The notes under the pieces are model-generated. The model was not told the origin of the DNA. It saw only the letters and a program-made list of their open reading frames with translations, and did no database searches. A stretch of 59,245 bases of DNA, counting the filler. It is 4 parts of 4 records of this genome, joined end to end, with 100 filler letters (N's around TTAATTAATTAA, not from the genome) between each part and the next. Parts side by side here need not be neighbours in the genome. Positions count along the whole stretch, not along the records: positions 51,579 to 59,245 come from DRR378314_490; 3 more parts are not named here. One strand, 5' to 3'. Positions 52,928 to 59,245 of this stretch are shown here, piece after piece. The position numbers and the translations under genes were made by a program. The stretch's first letter is position 1. Each line of letters begins with the position of its first letter.

Positions 52928-53142
52928 GCCTTATTTTCAACAGTCAGTTTGTAAATAAGACGTATGAAATTTTATTTATCCATTTAGACATCTCGATATG
53001 ATTATTAATTATAAAAAATAAAAAAACAGACGTTTTTATTCTTTTTTTGTGCATAATAACCCTTGTACCCACGCATAAATTAACTTATGGTTAAACAATG
53101 TTAACTATAAGTTAATTAATATATACATCTGGGATACAAAAT

Positions 53143-54981
53143 ATGAAAAATAATAAACTTACCTTAGCCGTAATTATCAGTGGACTTTTTGCTGCAAGTA
53201 ATGCATCTGCAGCAAACGACCGATATATCATTCAAGTTGATAATAATAAAAAGGGTGTAGTAAAAGCACTCGCAAAAAAACTAGGGGGTGATATTAAAGT
53301 TGATGGCAATGGTTTTATTGCAGCACAATTCTCTGGGTATGACTTAGCCAGTGTTAAAGGGTTACTCAATAACCCACATATTAAATTAATCGAAGAAGAT
53401 CAAAAACGATTCCCAACAGCGCTTTACAGCGACGATGCTGGAAATGCAATGCAACAACAGCTAACACCTTATGCTGTTTATCAATCCCAAGCTGACCAAC
53501 TGACATTTGACGCGAATGCAGGTATGAAAGTGTGTGTCATTGACTCTGGCCTAGATAGCTCAAACCCTGATTTTATTTGGGGTAATATCACGGGGAATAA
53601 TGATTCAGGCACTGGTAATTGGTTTGATAACGGCGGACCACATGGGACGCATGTTGCAGGTACTATTGGTGCAGCTGACAATAACGTAGGTGTTGTCGGT
53701 ATGGCACCTGGTGTCGCGATGCATATTATTAAAGTTTTCAATGCTGAAGGTTGGGGTTATTCATCAGATTTAGCCCAAGCAGCAAACTTATGTTCTCAAG
53801 CTGGTGCAAACATCATCAGTATGAGTTTAGGCGGTGGCGGTTCAAACAGTACAGAATCAAATGCATTTGAAGCTTTTACAAATGCAGGCGGGTTAGTTGT
53901 AGCCGCTGCAGGAAATGACGGTAACAATGTACGCTCCTACCCAGCTGGATACTCTTCTGTGATGATGATTGGCGCAAATGACGCCAATAATCAAATTGCT
54001 GACTTTTCTCAGTTTCCTAGCTGTTCATCTGGCCGAGGGAAACGTGCTACAAATGACGAAACAATCTGTGTAGAAGTCACTGCAGGTGGTGTAGATACGT
54101 TATCAACCTACCCTGCTGGGATGGCAACGGCAGCTAACTTATCTGCTGATAATGTTGCATTTGATTCATCAGCAATGGAAAACTCAGGTCAAGTCACTGC
54201 TGCTGCCCATTTCATGGGTACCGGCGAAAGCATTGATACTGACGCAGCTGGTAAAGTATGCCTAATTGACCGTGGTAATATCTCTTTTTATGACAAAGTG
54301 GCAAACTGCGAAAACTCAGGTGGTACTGGCGCGGTTATCATTAACAACGAAGCAGGCATGTTATATGCGACGCTGGGTGATACCAATAACACATCTATCC
54401 CAGCTGTAGGTGCTGCATTTGAAGACCGTAATGCACTACTTAACAGTGCCAGTATTAACATTACTATTGGTGCGAGTGATTATGGATTTATGAGCGGTAC
54501 ATCAATGGCCACTCCTGCTGTTTCTGGTATTGCTGCGCTCGTTTGGTCTTTGCATCCTGAGTGTACAGGGACTGAAATTCGTGATGCATTAAAAGCAACC
54601 GCGGAAGATCAAGGCGCGACTGGTCACGATGTATACTTTGGTCACGGTATTGTTAAAGCCGCTGATGCCGATGCTTATTTAACTGCAAATGGGTGTGCCG
54701 GTGGTGACGGAGGGGGTGTAACACCTCCAGGTAATGATGACATTAGCTTATCAGCTTCAGGTTATAAATCTAAAGGTACTAAGTATATTGATCTTAGCTG
54801 GAGTGGAGCAGCAACAAGCCAAGTTGATGTATATAGAAATGGTGCTAAGGTGTCGACTGTCGCAAATACGAACAGCTACACAGATAGTATTTCAGCTAAA
54901 GGTGGTGGTAGCTACACCTACCAAATATGCGAAGCGCAAAGCACAAACGTTTGCTCTAATAACACGACGGTTAATTTTTAA
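53143..54981 (+). CDS. Secreted S8 subtilase with propeptide, PA-domain insertion and C-terminal beta-rich domain
   Basis: Signal peptide; triad VIDSG / HGTHVAG / GTSMATP; GKVCLIDRG PA motif. Confidence 0.93.
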   Translation: MKNNKLTLAVIISGLFAASNASAANDRYIIQVDNNKKGVVKALAKKLGGDIKVDGNGFIAAQFSGYDLASVKGLLNNPHIKLIEEDQKRFPTALYSDDAGNAMQQQLTPYAVYQSQADQLTFDANAGMKVCVIDSGLDSSNPDFIWGNITGNNDSGTGNWFDNGGPHGTHVAGTIGAADNNVGVVGMAPGVAMHIIKVFNAEGWGYSSDLAQAANLCSQAGANIISMSLGGGGSNSTESNAFEAFTNAGGLVVAAAGNDGNNVRSYPAGYSSVMMIGANDANNQIADFSQFPSCSSGRGKRATNDETICVEVTAGGVDTLSTYPAGMATAANLSADNVAFDSSAMENSGQVTAAAHFMGTGESIDTDAAGKVCLIDRGNISFYDKVANCENSGGTGAVIINNEAGMLYATLGDTNNTSIPAVGAAFEDRNALLNSASINITIGASDYGFMSGTSMATPAVSGIAALVWSLHPECTGTEIRDALKATAEDQGATGHDVYFGHGIVKAADADAYLTANGCAGGDGGGVTPPGNDDISLSASGYKSKGTKYIDLSWSGAATSQVDVYRNGAKVSTVANTNSYTDSISAKGGGSYTYQICEAQSTNVCSNNTTVNF

Positions 54982-55000
54982 ATTAGCTTTTTAGCTAAAT

Positions 55001-55024
55001 AAAGCGAGCAAATGCTCGCTTTTT
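55001..55024 (+). terminator. Intrinsic terminator
   Basis: AAAGCGAGCA-aa-TGCTCGCTTTTT. Confidence 0.85.
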
Positions 55025-55076
55025 CTTTTTATGTAAGCTTGTTAATATAGGTTTTTATAGATTACACACGATCATA

Positions 55077-55712
55077 ATGATAAACGTTGAATTTTTATTA
55101 TCTTTCCTCGCAGCCAGTTTTTTAATTGCTGTTGCTCCTGGCCCCTCTAACGCATTTCTTATGGCGCAAACATTTGCTAATGGCCGCGCGGCGGGTTTAC
55201 AAAGTGCATTTGGTTTTGCCCTTGGCGGCGTAGTACACACTTTATTTGCCGTAGTTGGTTTAACGGCTATCTTAAAAGCCTCTGAGACCGCTTATGCGAC
55301 GGTGCAGTATGCAGGCGCTGCCTATCTTTGCTATTTGGGTGCTAGTATGCTTAAGAGCACGTTAAAGGAGCCACAATGCAATAGTGAGGAGAAGCCTCAT
55401 ATCACGACCAAAAAGAAATCCAACGTTATGTTTCAAGCGATGATGACAGAGGTGCTTAACCCAAAAGTGGCGCTGTTTTTTATTGCTTTTATACCGCAGT
55501 TTGTTGATCCCTCCCTATCAAGCTCAACCACGTTTCAACTGGCATTTTTTGGTTTACTCTACCCTATTTTTGCTTTTCCTATCGACTGCACATATATTTA
55601 CTTCGGCGATAAAATTGCACACTACTTTAGAGCACATCCACAAAGCCAGGTTTGGATTGACCGCATAACAGGTGTAGTATTTATCGCACTGGCCATTAAT
55701 TTACTAATGTAA
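55077..55712 (+). CDS. LysE/RhtB-family exporter
   Basis: APGPSN, GAAYLCYLG, LNPKVALFFIAFIPQF. Confidence 0.92.
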   Translation: MINVEFLLSFLAASFLIAVAPGPSNAFLMAQTFANGRAAGLQSAFGFALGGVVHTLFAVVGLTAILKASETAYATVQYAGAAYLCYLGASMLKSTLKEPQCNSEEKPHITTKKKSNVMFQAMMTEVLNPKVALFFIAFIPQFVDPSLSSSTTFQLAFFGLLYPIFAFPIDCTYIYFGDKIAHYFRAHPQSQVWIDRITGVVFIALAINLLM

Positions 55713-55729
55713 TAACAATAAGAGTCAAT

Positions 55730-56194
55730 ATGGAACAAAAATTACAGTCACTCCCAGCGCATAAAAATATCGCTTTGGTTGCCCATGATGGTAAAAAAGC
55801 AGCTCTTCAAGCTTGGTGTAAAAAACACCATGCTAGCCTTAGCCAACATACATTGTATGGTACAGGCACCACAGGACATTTAATCGAACGCACCACCGGG
55901 TTAAACGTTGTAAAACTATTAAGCGGCCCTATGGGGGGCGACCAACAGCTTGGAGCAAAGATTGCTGAGCACGAAGTGCATATGCTTATCTTCTTTTGGG
56001 ATCCACTTGCATCGCAGCCCCATGATCCTGATGTAAAAGCATTGCTAAGATTGGCTGCGGTATGGAATATTCCTGTAGCATGTAATGAAGTCAGTGCGGA
56101 TATGCTATTAAGCTCAACATTAATGAACAGTGAGCTTGAGCGCACCTTGCCGGATTACGAAAAATACCTCGCTACTCGGCAAGTAGATTTATAA
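55730..56194 (+). CDS. mgsA: Methylglyoxal synthase
   Basis: IALVAHD, TGTTG, SGPMGGDQQ, PHDPDVKALLR. Confidence 0.96.
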   Translation: MEQKLQSLPAHKNIALVAHDGKKAALQAWCKKHHASLSQHTLYGTGTTGHLIERTTGLNVVKLLSGPMGGDQQLGAKIAEHEVHMLIFFWDPLASQPHDPDVKALLRLAAVWNIPVACNEVSADMLLSSTLMNSELERTLPDYEKYLATRQVDL

Positions 56195-56205
56195 GTAGGC
56201 ACCGA

Positions 56206-57573
56206 CTACTTATAAAGCATATTTGCCCACTTGGTTAAACCGGCGGTAACACTACCAAAGTGGTCGCCGTTCACCATATTAATATCGCCCAAGTGCTGTT
56301 TGAGTGCCGCTTTTATTAATGGCGACTGTGCACTGCCCCCGGTTAAATAAATAACGTCTGGTACAACGCCAGCCTCTTTAATTGCTTCTTTAGCCAGCGT
56401 CACTATTTGACTTATAGAGTCTTCAACGGCTAACGCGAGATCTCTTAAATCCAATGTTTTAGCTAAATCCGTCGCTAGAAAGTCTAAATTACAGTTGTAA
56501 CTTTGTTCAGAAGATAAGGCTATTTTAGCGGCTTCGCCTTGTTGCACTAGCTGGTGCCCCTGCTTATTTTGTTGTAAATTAATTAAACGTTGGAAAAGCG
56601 CTGGTTCATTTGCATCACGAAGTGCAGTAATGAGCTCACGAGTATGCGCTTGTGCGTAAAATTGGCTTTGTAAATTTACATCGTTAATTTTACATGCCTG
56701 CCAAAAAGGTTGATTGGGCAATGGTAAGCCAGATTTAAACGTACTACCTAAACCGAGTAAAGGCATTAAGCCATGATAGCTCAGCGCAATATCTAGGTCG
56801 TTTCCACCGATACGTTTACCGCTGTGAGCTAAAAAGTCATGATCTCGCTCGCTGTTACCGCGAAAGTCCGGGCCCATTTGCACAAATGAACAATCACTCG
56901 TACCACCACCAATATCAACTACGAGTACTTTTTGGTTTTGAATTAAATTACTTTCGTAATCAATTCCTGCGGCTAAAGGCTCATATAAAAAGGCAACGTC
57001 TTTGAAGCCCGCACGTTTTGCAGCACGCTCTAAAATACCGATTGCTTGCTGATTCGACTCTTCACCGCCCACCGCTTGAAAGTTAACAGGACGGCCAATC
57101 ACAGTGTGAGTTAATGACTGCTTGAGTGACAACTCTGCTCGTTGTTTTATTTTTAAGATCATTGCCGTAGCAATGTCTTCAAAAAAGTTAATTTGGCCTT
57201 GTTTTAAACCAGTTGCACCAAAAAATGATTTCGGTGATTTAACAAAATAGCCTTCTTCAGGGAATTGCACATATTCGCTAATCGCTTCTCGGCCAATAAA
57301 TATACTTTGTTCATCATCCGCTAAATCAAGGTCAGACTTTATGCGTGGCAATGTATTAAGTAAGGCTTGGCGCTGGCTTTTATAATCGTGCTCGAATGGG
57401 GTGCCTGCTAGGTTCTTGGCAACAAAATCAACGACCAATGCGCTATGGTGAGTATAAAGGGTCGATGGCAAGTAATGCTTACCTTGCTCCAATGGTACAA
57501 GTTCAACAAGGTTGTTTGCACCTATAACACCCATTGCACAATTAGAACTACCATAATCAAAACCTACTACCAT
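56206..57573 (-). CDS. yegD: Hsp70-like chaperone YegD
   Basis: GFDYGSSNC, VIGRPVNF, VDIGGGTSD, YLTGGSA; no substrate-binding domain. Confidence 0.88.
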   Translation of the reverse strand: MVVGFDYGSSNCAMGVIGANNLVELVPLEQGKHYLPSTLYTHHSALVVDFVAKNLAGTPFEHDYKSQRQALLNTLPRIKSDLDLADDEQSIFIGREAISEYVQFPEEGYFVKSPKSFFGATGLKQGQINFFEDIATAMILKIKQRAELSLKQSLTHTVIGRPVNFQAVGGEESNQQAIGILERAAKRAGFKDVAFLYEPLAAGIDYESNLIQNQKVLVVDIGGGTSDCSFVQMGPDFRGNSERDHDFLAHSGKRIGGNDLDIALSYHGLMPLLGLGSTFKSGLPLPNQPFWQACKINDVNLQSQFYAQAHTRELITALRDANEPALFQRLINLQQNKQGHQLVQQGEAAKIALSSEQSYNCNLDFLATDLAKTLDLRDLALAVEDSISQIVTLAKEAIKEAGVVPDVIYLTGGSAQSPLIKAALKQHLGDINMVNGDHFGSVTAGLTKWANMLYK

Positions 57574-57637
57574 TGCTTCACCACACTGACGACAAAAAGG
57601 CCGCGCAATTTAGCACATTTAACGCAGCTTTAAAACG

Positions 57638-58504
57638 TTATTCCTGCGGGCGCTCACGTAAAAAGCTAGCAAAACGTGGTAGACCATTTTTTGTATAGCC
57701 ATGGTATCTGTACGTAATAAGAGCACCAATCGCTGGCGGGTGGCGCCTTTGTTTATCACTAAAGCCCGTTCCTATTTTAAATGTAACCCCAGCGTTATTT
57801 TTTACTTTTAAGGCACCAAGCATCCCATGGTATTTTCCTTTGCCTGGATGATGAGCAATGACTGTTGCCTCATCGTCAAAATATGGCTTAAGTTTTAACA
57901 ACGCTGAAGATCGACCACTTTGATGTTTAGCGCTTGCAAGATGCAGCATCACCCCTTCACCACCGCGTTTAGTTATTCGTTCAAAAAAGGCGGTGAGAGC
58001 TTGGTTTGACAAAAACTGGTGCTGTTCTACCCCAATAATATGCGGCTTGTTAATTGCTCTAACTAACTGTTGGTAATTTTTGTAGCGAATACTAAAAGGG
58101 TTTGTCTGATCGGGCATATCAAAAATACGAAACGTCACCCTTTGCCAATCACTGTCGGCTGGATTGGCTGTGCGCACAATGCCACTTAAAGCCGCAAAGT
58201 CATTATGCTTTGTCCAAAGCTCACCATCGAGCCACACTTGAGGCAAAACACGGCTAAACCAGCGAGGAGGTTTGATAGGGTTGCCATTTCGCGTGACAAA
58301 CTCAGCACCAGTCCAAATGGCCCTCACGCCATCAAACTTTTCACTCACTAAGTATTCAGACACATCCACCGTGCTGCTTTCATCATACACTTTTGCAAGC
58401 TGAACACGTGGCGTAACACTTCCCTCATCAGCACTTTGGGCTAAACCAGTTAAGGGCAGTATAATTAGCCATAAATATAATAAGGTATAAAATCCTTTTT
58501 TCAT
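57638..58504 (-). CDS. Minimal ATP-dependent DNA ligase with signal peptide (LigE type)
   Basis: SEKFDGVR (KxDG motif I), LDGELW, EGVML, LLKLK, OB domain FKIGTGF...PRFASF; hydrophobic N-terminus. Confidence 0.9.
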   Translation of the reverse strand: MKKGFYTLLYLWLIILPLTGLAQSADEGSVTPRVQLAKVYDESSTVDVSEYLVSEKFDGVRAIWTGAEFVTRNGNPIKPPRWFSRVLPQVWLDGELWTKHNDFAALSGIVRTANPADSDWQRVTFRIFDMPDQTNPFSIRYKNYQQLVRAINKPHIIGVEQHQFLSNQALTAFFERITKRGGEGVMLHLASAKHQSGRSSALLKLKPYFDDEATVIAHHPGKGKYHGMLGALKVKNNAGVTFKIGTGFSDKQRRHPPAIGALITYRYHGYTKNGLPRFASFLRERPQE

Positions 58505-58534
58505 CGTCGTATCCTTACAAAATAGATACGCAAA

Positions 58535-59197
58535 CTATAGTTTATTTTGTACCCATTGCAAAAACTCTTGTAAATCGACAAGCTGTGCAGTCGCTTTGCT
58601 GAGATCATGATTTAGGGTATGTTTATTAGGCACCGCAACCACAGCGAGCTCTGCATTAAAAGCAGCTGTTACACCGGTATGGGTATCTTCAACCGCAACG
58701 GCATTCGCAGGTTTAATTGCAAGTGTTTGCAGTGCTAATAAATAAGGATCGCCAGCAGGCTTTGGGTTTGCAACATCATCCTTCGTTACTACACAGTCAA
58801 ACAGTTCATAAAAGCCATACCCTTTAAGAATAGGTAGGGCTTCATCCCTTGCACTGCCTGTAACTAACGCCATCTTTAAACCACTTTTTTTAACCGCGAG
58901 CAAGGTTTCTTTTGCAAATGGCATAAGTGGTGGCAAGTGAGTTGTGACAAATTCACTAAAATAATCATACTTACGTTGTGCAAGTGCTTGCGGTGTAATT
59001 GCTAAGTTATAATATGCAACGACTTCTTTGGCCGCTTCTACGGTCGCTTTACCTGAAAAATGCTGACAAAACTCCTCTTCTTCATAGCGAATACCATACT
59101 CGGCTAAAATGTCATTCCAGCAATTAAAATGCACACTTTCAGAGTCAACCAAGGTGCCGTCCATATCAAATAGTATTGCCTGTAAAGTCATCGTCAT
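58535..59197 (-). CDS. HAD-superfamily phosphatase (beta-PGM/CbbY-like)
   Basis: FDMDGTLVDSE motif I, KPAGDPY, VEDTHTG. Confidence 0.9.
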   Translation of the reverse strand: MTMTLQAILFDMDGTLVDSESVHFNCWNDILAEYGIRYEEEEFCQHFSGKATVEAAKEVVAYYNLAITPQALAQRKYDYFSEFVTTHLPPLMPFAKETLLAVKKSGLKMALVTGSARDEALPILKGYGFYELFDCVVTKDDVANPKPAGDPYLLALQTLAIKPANAVAVEDTHTGVTAAFNAELAVVAVPNKHTLNHDLSKATAQLVDLQEFLQWVQNKL

Positions 59198-59245
59198 TCC
59201 TTATTGAACCTGAACTCTGGTTGAGAGATGTACTAGTGTATTGAT

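Noticed and set aside
43418-58504. comEC plus secreted DNA ligase as a linked DNA-uptake system
   Set aside because: They are on different contigs with different composition, probably different organisms
1-59245. CRISPR arrays, tRNA/rRNA genes, prophage, retron or defence operons
   Set aside because: No regularly spaced repeats, no RNA-gene signatures and no cas/RT/integrase/phage proteins seen by eye; intergenic gaps are short

Overview
The window is not one locus. It is four unrelated contigs joined by three identical 100-nt artificial spacers (44 N + TTAATTAATTAA + 44 N at 10998-11097, 19758-19857 and 51479-51578). Contig A (1-10997, GC-rich, Marinobacter-like by gene content and codon style; inference) carries guaA'-tadA-galE-ugd-HIT-fabR-aspS-yebC-ruvCAB-ybgC-tolQ-tolR'. 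Contig B (11098-19757, AT-rich, Pseudoalteromonas-like) carries an MtfA-type peptidase, a secreted beta-propeller/amidohydrolase, a TetR/HPP pair, a hypothetical protein, Nif3/YbgI, an ElyC-like protein and metR. Contig C (19858-51478, intermediate GC, Halomonadaceae-like) carries the dcw cluster (murF'-lpxC), dciA, an unannotated leader ORF, secA, argJ, mutT-thiE, aguBA, lolC/E-lolD, DUF2062, comEC, msbA, lpxK, ycaR, kdsB, a LMW phosphatase, murB and the 3' end of rne. Contig D (51579-59245, AT-rich, Pseudoalteromonas-like) carries a Bcr/CflA MFS pump, an S8 protease, LysE, mgsA, yegD, a secreted ATP-dependent DNA ligase and a HAD phosphatase. The most interesting element is a 122-aa ORF (33044-33412) in the secM position directly upstream of secA. 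It has an export-type N-terminus and a C-terminal RGPP motif, making it a candidate ribosome-arrest secretion monitor. Other notable signals: a shared repeat/MITE end at the starts of contigs B and D, paired TetR operators, Met boxes, a perfect LacI-type operator, a single-permease Lol system, and small tandem repeats. I saw no CRISPR array, tRNA, rRNA, integrase or phage gene.
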